Assembly (NCBI GenBank): GCA_002269645.1
Contig: NIVC01002861.1
Location: 22,765 to 78,934, forward strand
Length of the DNA: 56,170 bases
Direction of reading: 5' to 3'
DNA from: Macrostomum lignano
Lineage: Eukaryota
Within the stretch, counting starts at the first letter, position 1; each line of letters starts with the position of its first letter. The notes beneath the pieces are model-generated. The model saw only the letters and a list, made by a program, of their open reading frames with translations. It had not been told where the DNA came from and searched no databases. The translations under genes were made by a program, and so were the position numbers. Below, piece by piece: positions 12,218 to 24,169 of the stretch.

Positions 12218-12945
12218 CAGGCCAAGGAGACGCCGAAACGCTACGAAGAGGGCGACCGGCGAAAGGCTCTGGACATCTGACAGCTGGCGGAACAGCAGCA
12301 AGGACTGATCATTGACTCTAATGACTGATACTGATTGCTCGATCGCGCGTAACATGACCCAACGTTGTACCCAACCCCACCCCGGGTTCCAATCCACCAG
12401 ACGAGGGATGTAGCATGCGCAGGCAGGCAGTTCGGGTACCTAGTTTGCACTCCGTGACCCCCACCCAGCCTATCCACTTCCCTCTGCTCGAACACATCCC
12501 AACGCGCACTCAGTGAACCGGAACTCCGTGTTCTACCAGACAATAAAAATACAGGCACAGGCACATTCTATTTCTTCACCTTTTTGAGTGGCTAACTAAC
12601 ACTCGCAACAACCAGCTAGAGTTGCTCGCTACATCTTTCGCTAGCTATAAGCTTAAAAATGCGTTCACTAAGAATCGTTCTCAGATTCATAAAGTATCAA
12701 TCATTTTGCAGTAATAAGTGCTAAGAAGTATTCGGAGAAACTCCCTAAAGAAATCAGGAGTATATGCAAAGGGAGTACATGCATTAGAAGTACATGCTAA
12801 AAGCAAACGCCGTGACCCTCTATCTCGGTAAAGCCCAGACTGGAAAATAGTACATATACCAGCTGCAGTAAGCCCACTCAGGCCAGAAGTACATAGACGC
12901 TACTAGACTTATACAGAGACGCTACCAGATCTATGCCGAAAACAC

Positions 12946-13733
12946 TATAGCTTTTTGCAGCCCATTTGGGCCTATGCGCATTGAATTTAATCCAAGATAG
13001 GTTTACTAATGTAATGGAGCCTTTGTCTATGGTAGAAAGGCTGGCACAGCTGCATTTAATTTAGTCCAACAAGCATCAATTTGGTCTAAACGCTCGTGAG
13101 CCATTTGGAAAACTCCTGCCCCCTCGCAACCGTCTGTGGGTTGTTGCGCACCGCTGGAATGTCAGCGGATCTACCAGCAATTTTCAGTCGCTTTCCCAGA
13201 GCTCTGCCGATAGCCGAAATCTGATAACCAACTGGAGCTGTTCCTTGACCAACTCTGCTGCTTTTCTGCATCGTCAACAAAGGGTTCGTCTTAACTGCAT
13301 CGAGTAGCAGTTGGACTGGAGGCTTTCGTCGAAGTTTCGAGCCTTGGCGATCCCGCAATTGCCACCCTTTCGCAGACAATCTCTGCCGGCAGTGGTTTCA
13401 ACGCGCTGTAATGCTGGATGCTGGATGCTGTAAACAATCTTTTCCTTTACATTCAGCAATCTTGCAATGTCCTTTGGGTGTTCACCTCTGTCGAGAGCTT
13501 TGATCACAAGCCAATGGTTCGACAGCCTAGCAAATGGTCCACAATACTGGGGCTGATCTTGCTCCTCCGCAGCAGTTGCAAATGAAGCTATGGACCAAGT
13601 TGATGCTTGTTGGACCAAATTAAATGCCTCTGTGCCAGCCTTGCTACCATAGACAAAAGCTCCGTTACGGTGGCAAACCTATCTTGGATTAAATTTAATG
13701 CACGTAGGCCCAAATGGGCTGCAAAATGCTATA
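12946..13733 (-). mobile_element. Tc1/mariner(IS630)-like non-autonomous element with ~140-bp TIRs and a transposase HTH relic
   Basis: Arm 12946..13086 is the imperfect reverse complement of arm 13592..13733 (TATAGCTTTTTGCAGCCCATTTGGGCC... / ...GGCCCAAATGGGCTGCAAAATGCTATA), with TA at both outer ends. The minus-strand interior reads VIKALDRGEHPKDIARLLNVKEKIVYSI and LLLDAVKTNPLLTM, resembling Tc1 paired-like HTH segments. Confidence 0.75.
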
Positions 13734-14589
13734 CTAAAAGTATACTAAGAACGCTACCAGAACGCTATCAGAACGCTACCCAAGACTTACACTAAGACAG
13801 AAGTAACCCTAGGACAACTTAGTGGTTTACAGTGGGATTTAGATCACCCATACGACAAACCTTTGGTGGCAGCTTTTAGAGTTCAAAAGAGAGAAGTAAG
13901 GCCCTAGCACAGCTTGGTGGCACCAGTGTGATTAACATTAAGAGACGGAGGCAAGCCCCCTATTACAAATTTGGTGGCTCAGCGGTGGGATATTGTTAAG
14001 AGGGAAGCCTCTTACGCATATGTGTCACGGGTCTCAAATAATCATGGGTCTCAACGAGCTTTCCGGCAGGAACAAACTCTTTTGATGCAAATAACAAGTT
14101 ATTTGTAAACCAAATGTCCGCTTAAAATACTTTAATGGGGTTCAAAAAGTTTTGAAGGCTGAAAAATCAGCCTTCAATTTTTTCTGTGATTCGTGAGTGC
14201 AGAGTCCTAATACAGTGGTCCTTGATTGACATGCAGCAGAAATGTCTTCTTTACCATGATGGGGCAATCCGTCTTAGGCTAAAACATGTTAATGCCATTC
14301 AAACACCGATTTTCTCAAAGCTTCCTGTTCCAGCTGGAGTGACTGTTGAGAAGCTGCAATAGCAATAAAAGCCATTGCCATTCTAGAAAAGATTGGCATG
14401 AAAAAATGGCTTTTTAAATAGCTCGTACTTGCCTTTTACCTTTGACATTTACTATAAGAATCGAATGCATAAAAATGGCAACCTGACCAACAGCAATTGC
14501 CATAGTGTGGCAGTAGAATTAGACTGACGTATTTTGTAAAATCTTGTTGAATTCCGAAGTATTCGACTCGATTCTGCCGCAATCTTACA

Positions 14590-15519
14590 ATGAAGCTAAA
14601 CCTTCTGTCTTACCTGCTATTAACTGCCATATTTGCGTCGGTAGAATCCAGCACTTTCGAGTCCGACAGGCAGTCGGAGTTCTTTAGGCAGATGTCGCTA
14701 CCCGGTGTTCCCACGAGTTGCCATAGACTGGTGAAGACTCAGACAAAGTATCAGGCCGACTGTCTGATGCAGTGGATGAGGCTGAAGCGGGAGGGCGCTG
14801 ACCCCGGCTTCATCCACTACACCCCATTAGCTGAAGCTGAAGGCTGCGAGATCTCCGCCTGGTGCGACCAGCTGCTGCTGAACGAGTCGGAGCCGCGCAC
14901 CACTGAGCTACTGACGTCTCAAAGCCAGCTCAGACTCGTGCTGTTCGCGGTCAAGTCTGCTAGCCAAGTCAACGTACTGGACTCGTACCTGACGCCCATC
15001 GACTGCAACTGGTCTCTCCTGCTGTCACCGCTCGTCGGACCGCCTCCGATGAACTTTTGGCGCTCTTGTTGGCTCGACCGACTTCCGGATCTTGTGAGAC
15101 TCGTGTCCGGCAAGACGATCTCGGTCGAGCTGCTCAAGGACGGTGTCACGGTGCTGAAGATCTCGTTTGACGCCAGGTTCTCGGGACTGAATGCAACGAA
15201 TTGGTTCAGCAAGGACAGGCTTGTCGGCAGCGAGCCGGACTTGGGTCTGGCGTCCAGGACCTACAACTACTTTTCTATGGATGGTCATATTCATGCTAGC
15301 CTGGACGGACTCAAGCGGACATTCTTCATCAACACGAATTACGGCGGCTGCGGAGCAGATGTTGGCGTCTTGGCTGTTGCGGAGAGGTACGATCTTTGTG
15401 CGTGGGCTCAGACTGGTGGGAGCAGCGCGGATCTGCCGAAAATTCTGTACAACCCACAGGTCGGCCTGTGGGACAACTTTGTGAGGCCAGCTGACTACAT
15501 GCTCGTCACAGTCGACTGA
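14590..15519 (+). CDS. Intronless secreted protein, 309 aa; possible PAN/apple-like N-part and a Cys-containing C-terminal domain of unknown function
   Basis: Long clean ORF with GC-rich codon use and signal peptide MKLNLLSYLLLTAIFASVES. C-terminal motifs NWFSKDRL, NYFSMDG, RTFFINTNYGGCGADVG, CAW and ADYM recall a recurrent uncharacterised invertebrate extracellular domain (from memory, not searched). Confidence 0.8.
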   Translation: MKLNLLSYLLLTAIFASVESSTFESDRQSEFFRQMSLPGVPTSCHRLVKTQTKYQADCLMQWMRLKREGADPGFIHYTPLAEAEGCEISAWCDQLLLNESEPRTTELLTSQSQLRLVLFAVKSASQVNVLDSYLTPIDCNWSLLLSPLVGPPPMNFWRSCWLDRLPDLVRLVSGKTISVELLKDGVTVLKISFDARFSGLNATNWFSKDRLVGSEPDLGLASRTYNYFSMDGHIHASLDGLKRTFFINTNYGGCGADVGVLAVAERYDLCAWAQTGGSSADLPKILYNPQVGLWDNFVRPADYMLVTVD

Positions 15520-16910
15520 ACTCGGATCGGAAATTTGATTTAAACTTTCGCTTTGAGTCACTTTGAATTTGAATTTGATGGAAAAAACAACCTGAGAACA
15601 CCCCGATCTTTTAAATTCCAAATGCGCTCGTAATTGCCAAAATTATTAACTGGAGCTGTTAAACCAACAGTTTTGTTTGATCGCTTTGAATATTCTACGT
15701 CCGATAAAGAAATCTCTATCTTTGAGTTAAACATCGTGTTCGTCAAACTAACCAGTGTATATCAATACCCAAAAATCTTATGACAGCAATTATATATTCT
15801 TTATAGCTTTCCAGGCACCCAAGACCTATGGATGCTGCATCTGCAAACAATTGTTTGTCACTTGTCATTGCTTTTAATTCAGCAATACTTGCTATCAGCT
15901 AACTACCTACAATTTATTCCTAACTAATTTTTGGACATGGCGGTGCATTGAATACAAGAAGGCTGCTATTGTTCTTGTCTAATACTCGTACTAAATTAAA
16001 TCCTGACGAAGCGAACTACAATTTCGGGATTTGCAGCACAACTGCCGCTCCTGAAACTCTGTGTGCCAGACTCGTACATGTACAGCTTTCTCCGGGCTCA
16101 GACGCACATTTTGGGTTTCAAGCGACTTGACTTTCGTTGCGCGCGCGTTTTTGTGCATTTGTACAGTTTGTGTAGACCAAGAAGAAACGTCATGTCAAAC
16201 ATAGAAGATTCATTTGGGACAAGGCTTGAAAGAAATCGCTATAATGCTGTGACTTAGGGATAACTACTAAAATGTCAAGGTTTACGGGGGAAGAATTGCT
16301 AAGATGTCAGTGCTTTAGGGTTATGGCTATGTTTGGTTTAGGGTTAGGGTTAGGTTTAGGGGGCATTGCTGAGATTTAAAGGCTCACGGGGGATTGTTGA
16401 GATTTCAAGGCTCACGGGGGTTGCTGAGGTTATTGCAAGGAGAAGCTATATGTACTCCATTCTTTGTTGGCTCTCCAACGGGTGGCGCTGATTGCTAGTA
16501 TTGTCTCATTTCGTTACACAGTGAATAAGCTAGTGAGTTAGTGGTTGCCCCCCACAGACCAAATTATACAGTCAAATCATTGAATACACTCTTTAGCGAA
16601 CTATCTATCTACCGTAGAAGTGAATAACACTTCTGTTGTACAGTACATATACATGGTAAGTGAATCCAAGACGAAAGATAGATGAATTAGGGCCAAGGGT
16701 CACTATAGCCATGCAATGAACCACTATAATCGCTACATGTTGCGTAACACATTTCGAATACATTTATGGCAAAATTTAGCATATAAAACTGCGTGCCCAG
16801 CGCAGAATTGAAATATGAAAGCTTTTCTTGTGGTGCAGTGTTAGCAGTATCAGGCAGTGCGTCATATACTGTGCTAGAAAGGCATATCCGATCCTTAAAA
16901 ATTGCACTCA

Positions 16911-17219
16911 GTTGAGCTGGCTAACTCAACACCATCCAGTCTGCACGAGGCGCAGTGCTGGCTGCCAATCTGCCAGCCGTGTCATCAGCCGCAGTACTGC
17001 CTGCTAGGCGACTGCGACAAGGCCTGTATCAGCGGCTGCATATTCGGTGGAAGTTTATTCCTGTTGGCAGCCTGTCTCACTCTGACTGTGTGGCAACTCT
17101 GCTGCAAAGAACACAACCGGGACCCGGAGCTGGTGCCCGCTACATGTACAACCGCGGCATCAGCCGCTGCTGACGTGACATCTGGGACAGCTGCGGTCGG
17201 CGGGTCGGGGAAAGTACAG
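16911..17219 (+). CDS. Candidate internal exon of a single-pass membrane protein with a Cys-rich ectodomain end
   Basis: GC-rich island bounded by gcactcag| and cag|gtaaca. Translation CWLPICQPCHQPQYCLLGDCDKAC, then a hydrophobic stretch ISGCIFGGSLFLLAACLTLTVW, then QLCCK. Partner exons were not identified. Confidence 0.45.
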
Positions 17220-19262
17220 GTAACATACTATTTATTGCAAAGTGTTTTAATCATGTTCCTTACTTATTAATATTTACTTATTAATACTTATAAATATTTG
17301 CTTGTACGCTCGTTTCCCGATTTTATCGATCAAGTGCTAGCCGAGAAAAATGACCTGCATATCTATACCTTTGTCGGGACAGGGTAGCTCAGCTCAGCGG
17401 TACAGGCCGCTTTGCATTGCTTGAAATATTCAAAATTTTTCGATTTGACCCCCGAAGCTACATCCTGTACATCCTGTGTGAGCTTTTGCAATGCTCAGGG
17501 CTCAGGGGAATGGGCCTGACTGCTCCCCTCCTCGCTGCAGGTCAACTGTTGCCTTGATTTGCGGTAGCGCCCAAGCTAGGATTCAAAATAACTGAAATAG
17601 GGGGGGGGGGTCTATATCTGGCCTCGAGTGCTTCCCAACAGTGCAGTATGCACTGGTAGTCGGAGATGAAACTTACGCACCTCAAAATTATGTAGACCTA
17701 TTTTCAAATTACCGAGACAGATTTTGTAACGTTTTTTAAGATTACTCAAATCAATGTACAGTTTGTTCAGACCCATTAATCGTAAAATTGGCAGGTAGCA
17801 GGTGGATCTTTTGTTTTTTTTCATTGTGTTTTTTCAATAACTGAAAAACAACACACAATTCCCCACCCCAGGTGACCAAATATGGAAGCATACGAAATGA
17901 GGAGCGCAAAGCGACGTACTCAGATCCACACCAGGTGGCGACGTCAAATGGTCTTCGAGAGCTCAACAACAGTTCAGATGAAGCCAGCACGGGATTCTCT
18001 GGGTTTTATCTGCCAGCATCTCCCGTGGCGTCTAGTGTGGCATCAAGTACTCAGTAGATAGTATTCAAAAGGCTACAAATTTGTGCAGCTTGCATAAAAG
18101 CCACACTGCCAAATGGGCTTTAGAAATGTAGAATTTTTACTTCCAAAATTTATCATTAAGTAACAATGCCGTAATTAAACTTCAAATGTGCCAATAAAAA
18201 TAAATAATGCAAGCCTTCGTGTCATAAACATATTTTGGGATTTTGAAAAGCAAAAACAAACAAACAAACGTGAGACCGTCAGTTGGATTTTACCAAACAG
18301 TAGCCTCTGTGCTTGGGTGCAAACATGTGAGCAGAGTACCGACCGAGTGTCAGTGTGTCGTCGATTTCAATCAGGAAACGCCGAGTACTCGACTGTTCTT
18401 AGCGGTAGGGTGCCTGCAGCGTCAGAACGGATGGGGTGACCGTTCCGCAGGCTCTGGTGACCTGATGCCGGCAGCTGGAGTCGCTAACGACGCCATAGGT
18501 CGCCTGGACGGACCAGGCCGGCGCGGTGATAGAGTTGGTGAGTCGCTCGTCACCCACATGTATCTCGACGGTAACTTGGGGATTTCAAGAAACTAAAAAG
18601 AACCTGTACCTGCAAATTTGCATGCGTCAGCTAACTTCGAAATGCGTGCAAAACTTAAACTTTGAACTCTAGATAGCCCCATAGCTCATTTTCTGGAACT
18701 GATCCAGTTGAACTGGATTTTGCTGAACCATTGGAGATCTTTGTTGTCCTGTCATTTATAGTCTTAATTAACAATCTATTGGCATGAATGCTTAGGCATT
18801 GAGACGACCCGCGATTCAAGGGTAGAATTACAGGTAGCAGCTATCAAACAACTGTTCGATAAGATGTCACCAGTTAAAATTGGAAGGCTGATATAAATTG
18901 TTGAGGAAGCACCTTCATCTGACTCCAACGTTTCCCACCAACTTTGGAATTTAGTTGATTTCAACGAAAACATTTACTGAGCACGCAATTATTTTAGTTT
19001 ATACAGTACTTTACTATGCATGCTTTAGTGACCAAAGTCAGCATGACAGCTAAAATAAGGCTAATTTGAAGAATTGCCACAGCTCAATAGTCCAATCCGA
19101 TTGCTATGTTTGGAACTCGAATGCTTTTTGCGTAGGGTTTCAACCATAGACCAGTTTAATGTTGCTTAGAGAATCTGCGGAATAATCTTGACAGCACCGG
19201 CTCATATTGCATAGTCAACGTTATAGTAAATTTACAGTTATTATTATTGCACATCTGCCAAT

Positions 19263-19523
19263 AATGTCGGATAAAAAAGCATCGATCCCCATTGGCGACA
19301 AAAATAACAGCAGCAGCAGCACCCAGCTTGTCGGGAACAGTTCAACCAGCGAGTCATCACTGGAGGAAGCCGCTACAATCAGCAGCTCACCGCCGATTTT
19401 GTCGACACCGTATCCACTAGAAGATAAGAGCGCCATATTCAAGAAAATGTATGCACACAGCATTGGCTACTCGATACAGGCGGCCAATATGGATAGTGTT
19501 AAATTGAGAACCAGCGCTGCTAG
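19263..19523 (+). CDS. Candidate first exon of the TTLL gene (low-complexity N-terminus)
   Basis: MSDKKASIPIG... followed by an AG|gtacgt donor. The phase link to 21236 through the candidate exon 20688..20743 could not be resolved. Confidence 0.35.
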
Positions 19524-21235
19524 GTACGTTCTAGAGTCTTCTTGAACTCTGCTTTTAAGTACGAGTAGTTGGGACACTTACGAAAAAGCTATGGTCAATG
19601 ATCAGATAATTGAATGTTAGACTGGGGCTGACATCCTCAAACTTTAATCTGAGAACCACAATAGACTAGTAGAAACATTCTGAGCAACTGTGATTTTTTC
19701 CGCGGTAGTGTGCGATCCTGAGAGATTCTGCGCGAACTTTAGGTCTATTTTAGAGCATCTAGTTGATACACGACTCTATTTTATCCCATTCATCCCATTG
19801 GAGAGCAATAGGTGATGTGTTCCTTACTACCAAGACTTTCTTAGTAATCAAGGAACAATCACTTCTAGCTACTGCTAGGCAACCCTGTAATCAAAGGAAG
19901 GTATCTATTACCTTGAGTCCTGATCAGAAGATCTCTTCCGGTGCGTATAGTTCTCGGTCTCAATCAGTTCAGACGTCTTGATTTAGTTGTTCCGGTCCAG
20001 GTTCCTTTTTACTTCCAACGAAGTCTTTTCCGGCCGGTATCTGTCGTTCGGACCACTAGGAAGCTTCGAATCAACAATGGGGATCCCTGCGCTGCGCTGC
20101 GGTTTTAAAGTCTACTCCTTCTAGCAGTGGATTAATCCACTCTAGGTATAGCTCCGGTAATCACTGATAGTATTCTCGAGGCTATCAGGGTAGTCCTTCT
20201 GGAGACTATTACCAATGGAGTCTCAAATAGACTCAGTCACAATATCACTCTTGAGTCGACTCGACAACTAGCGCAAATGAGTAAGGCTTACCGCAAATAA
20301 CTCAGCCGAGTCTTGGTTGACTTGGTCTGAAGGAAGCCTCTTGCCGGCTTCCTCTTCGGAGCTCTTCTTCTCTCTGAAAGGATCTAATGCTCCGGTTCGC
20401 TTCGGACCCCTTGTACGGACCCCTTAGCGTATTTATAGGTAATTTTTGTGAAATAGCAACATGATTCATCTTTTAGTTATAAATATATGGTTCTTCTTTG
20501 CGTTATAAATAGTAACCTGACTCACAGTTTAAGTTTTGCTGCGCATGTTTGCATTAGTCTACTTACAGTAGCATTTCATGAATATTGACACTCTAGATAG
20601 GGAGTGACGCGGATGGGACATCTTGGCTTGACAAGTTACCGGCTGGTCGGTGAGATGCGGAGCCTAGCTAAAATAATTATTCGCAGGAGAGTTGTTGGCA
20701 CCCTGGCGCAGCGCCTTCGGCAGCATCGTCCCACAATCAGCGGTGAGGCAGCTCTGCCCATTCCGCTGACTCCTAAGCACATGCAAGCGCGCCAATACCG
20801 TACGCAGGCACAGGGTGTACAACAGCTCTGACTTTCTAGTCGTCAGGCATGTGCTGACAACCTCTGTGCCTTGAGAGTTTGGCCTCTTGGGCTAATTTTT
20901 GTTATCAAAAGTCCCAAATCAATTTGGCCTTGCACGAAATAGAATCAGGGGCCGTTGCGCGAGAGTCAGACACGCGCCTACTGCAAATTGACATAAGGCT
21001 CCCATTTTCCCTTTATGAATTCCTCTGGTGCTGCCACGTGAGGCACAAAAAGATGGGATCTTCGATGATTTTAAAGTCATTGCTTAGTCCAATAGTGGGA
21101 TCCGTCAGAGAAACCGCCCCAATGACAACCGCTTTCATTTTTCGGACCAAGTTGGCAACCCCCCTTTACCAGAGATTATTTTCTGTGAAGACTGAAGATA
21201 GCACCAATCCTTACACTGAATTCCCACGCACACAG

Positions 21236-23287
21236 ACTGCAACGGACCATTGTGAGCCTCGGCTTCACCAAGGTTGACGAGAGCATGGCCGACTGCATAG
21301 TGCCGGAGGAGAGCAAACTGAACTGGGCGCTGCTCACTTCCAAGGGTACTGATCCGCCCAGTGAGTTGATAACTTCATTTTAGGACCTCCAGATCCCATC
21401 TCCTGTTGATATACTGTTCTCTTCCCAGATCCCAGTTCCTGTTGAGACTTTTCTTCCCTACGATCATATCTCACATGAGACACTTTCCTCGTCCTGATCC
21501 TGTTTCCCCTATGAGATTTTTCTTATCTAGATCTGCATACACAACCGGAAAGACTTTCCTCACCCAGATCCCATCTTCTTTTGAGACGCTTTCCTATTCC
21601 ATACCCTGTCTCTCATCTGCTGCATCGATTCCTATGGATTCTTTGCGGTAGAGTTAGAACTTCAAATTCAATTGCTCACGCAGGCGGTCCCAGCTACATG
21701 ATCATGAAACCATTCGTCAGCCGTATGTACAGCATGTGCAGCAAGTGGCAGCTGGTGCAGTCCCTCCGCATTGCCGATCAGAGGATGCAGCAGCATCATC
21801 AAAGCTTTTTAACCGGCTCGGGCAATCTGTTCAGCCCGCAAGAGTTCATACCGAATACCATTAACCTAAACAGTCCTAATCTGGAGAATGATCTGGGTGA
21901 GAAAGTTATCCAAATATAACTTTTGTAGCATTCTTGTGTATAGCTTGTATGTCTCAAAAAAAGTATATTTTTGACGAAAAAATTACAGCAAGTCAGCCTG
22001 GGGTCTACTTAGCTAAGCCTGCTCGGTAAGTTGCAGTTCATTTGTAGCCATTGTAGCTATGTACTGTAAAAACACATTGTACAGTATAAAATAAGTCTTG
22101 GTTAGTTACTAGCTACATGTATTAAGTCATAACAGTCATTTTTACGTGGTGCTTTCACAATCCCCAAATTTCTTGTAGCTCGTAAAAGCTCTTTCGATAC
22201 AAATTACAACACAAATGGACGTTGCGCATACATTTCCGGAGGCTGCATCATAAATTAATTGCATTAAAATTTTTTGAATGTCAAGTTTTAGCCTCATTAA
22301 GTTGCATCACATAGAAGTTTGTGAATTTGGATTGGATGCTGAAGTTTGGGGATTGTGAATTTATGGGTCCCTATTAGTATTTCACAACCCGGGTGTAATA
22401 GAGAAACATCTGATGTAATGTGAAACATCCCAATTTTTACTATTAATTTCCGTAGTGGCAGCATGGGCGAACACATGCAGCTGGTTCGAATTCGCAGCAA
22501 TCGAGTCCAGGAGGACCTACTCAGCTTCCTCTTGTCCAGCGAATTCACACACATGCACCGCTCCCAGGTGATTCTGCAGCAATATATCGAACGACCGCTG
22601 CTAATTGACAAGCGCAAATTCGACATGCGCGTCTACATGCTTGTTGTGAATCCGAAGCGCGGCAGCGGAACGGGCGACAGGCCCAGACAGTCCGGCTACT
22701 TCGCCTTCCATCATCCAGGTTTCATCCGGCTCTGCTCAGAGCCCTACGATCCCGAGCATGCCGACATCGCTGTGCACCTTACCAATCAGAGCATCCAAGC
22801 GAAAAAAGTGGACACTTTCCGACGCTTGAAAGAAGTGACGACTTGGTATCCGGATGAGTTAAACGATTATCTCAACAAGAGGCGACGCACTAATTGCAAG
22901 GATTGGGCGAAAGACGTTCTGTACCCGAAGGTGGGCGCCATTCTCGGCTACATCGCGGCTGTGTATCGCACCCATATGGACGACCGAAATTGTCGCACCA
23001 GCACTTTTCGCATCCTTGGCGTGGACCTATTGGTGGACGAACAGCTCAGATTGTACTTGCTCGAATTCAACGAACTGCCAGCCTGGGGCCTGCAAACCTC
23101 CGTTCTTGTCAGCATCAAGCCGAACCTGTGGCTCGAGGCGATCTCACTAGTCAGCGAAGTAGCTGTGCGTTACAAGGCCTATTTGCCTATTGACGATGAG
23201 CACTTGGTGACTAGGCAAAACTTCCGCCTAGCCTACACTTCTGAAGATGTTAATTTTGCAAGAAGAAACATCGCTGCCCTTTATTGA
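21236..23287 (+). CDS. TTLL10: TTLL10-like tubulin glycylase-family ligase; exons 21236..21360, 21684..21896, 21989..22025 and 22456..23287
   Basis: All four exons have AG/GT boundaries and matching phases. The joined protein has FIPNTINL, YLAKPARGSMG, QQYIERPLLIDKRKFDMRVYML, HLTNQSIQAK, LGVDLLVDE and LLEFN. HLTNQ..QK and DW...L closely resemble TTLL10. Confidence 0.85.
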
Positions 23288-24169
23288 GCACATAGAACAC
23301 ACGACATTATGCACCGCTTTACATTTATGATCATTCTTTTCTGCTTTGTACATGTATTTGTCTTAGATCTTTTAAATATTATTACGAGTATATAAAAGTT
23401 ATATTGTCATGAAACTGATGTTGCTGTCCGCTGGAGCAAACTTTTGTCTTGAAAAGTATTAACGCTACTGCTACTAAACAGAGCATCAAATCGTTTAAAG
23501 TTTAAAGAGCATAACATTCTGATAACTTCTGCGATGATGAAGTGTACCTTTTTGGTGTTGTGTAATGAGCAATTGTTACAAAAGGAACCATGCTTTTTGG
23601 TTCCTAACTCGATACTTTTCAGCCATCCGCAACCAGCTTGAGTAGACTCCAAAAATATAAAACGACCACCTATAATGAAAAGTGAGGATTTTAAGAATCA
23701 CGTTTACAAATGAAACCGAAACTTCAAATGCAAGTTTCGTTCGTAGTGGTTCGTTGATATAATTGTTTTTATTATTCTTCATGCCGTCTTTTCCATCCCT
23801 CCTGTAACTCCTGTAGCTCGTAACCCTGGAGCGGCAACTGCCATATATACGCCAGTAGTAGCGCTAGCAGAAATTTGCTGAGGGGGAGCGGATTCTGGAG
23901 GGTACTTGCATCTTGAGGGGTCCTTCGAATAACTCGAAAAAGGAGCAGACTTGTTCGCGGCTGAGGTGTCAATTTGTCAATTTGACTTTCAAAAGTTGTT
24001 ATGGCTTTGTGAATGCAGAGTGAAGAGTAAGGTCACAGTTTAGAAGCCGCTATATTCACATGTGGTGCACGCATGTAGTTTTCTTGCCTTTCGTAGAGCA
24101 CACCATAAAAATCGACAAAGAAAACCTTAAATCTAAACATTATGCGTTGGGCAAGCTTTGAATTTAAGC

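Larger units (their letters stand above)
8178..12633 (+). mobile_element. Ty3/Gypsy LTR retrotransposon (Mag/K02A2.6-like), full length but defective
   Basis: LTRs 8178..8402 and 12409..12633 are 225 bp each, TG...CA, with 5 mismatches by eye. TSD TCTTT at 8173..8177 and 12634..12638. PBS-like TGGCGTCAC at 8404 and a purine tract AGACGAGGGA before the 3' LTR. Domain order is gag-PR-RT-RNaseH-IN. Confidence 0.97.

Noticed and set aside
8624-12564. Numerous antisense and alternative-frame ORFs in the Gypsy element
   Set aside because: They are shadows of a GC-rich pol ORF with no independent motifs.
14214-14360. 48-codon open frame WSLIDMQQKCLLYHDGAIRLRL... after an AG
   Set aside because: It has no recognisable motif and no partner exon was identified.
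16340-16372. TTAGGG telomere-like repeats
   Set aside because: There are only 3-4 imperfect units embedded in a dispersed-repeat-like sequence, which is too short to call an interstitial telomere.
19530-20430. RIP-like CpA>TpA hypermutation, suggested by apparent CAG>TAG and CAA>TAA stops here and in other decayed ORFs
   Set aside because: The mismatches between the two LTR pairs show no CpA bias, and such stops arise easily by ordinary transitions. A genome-wide context analysis would be needed.
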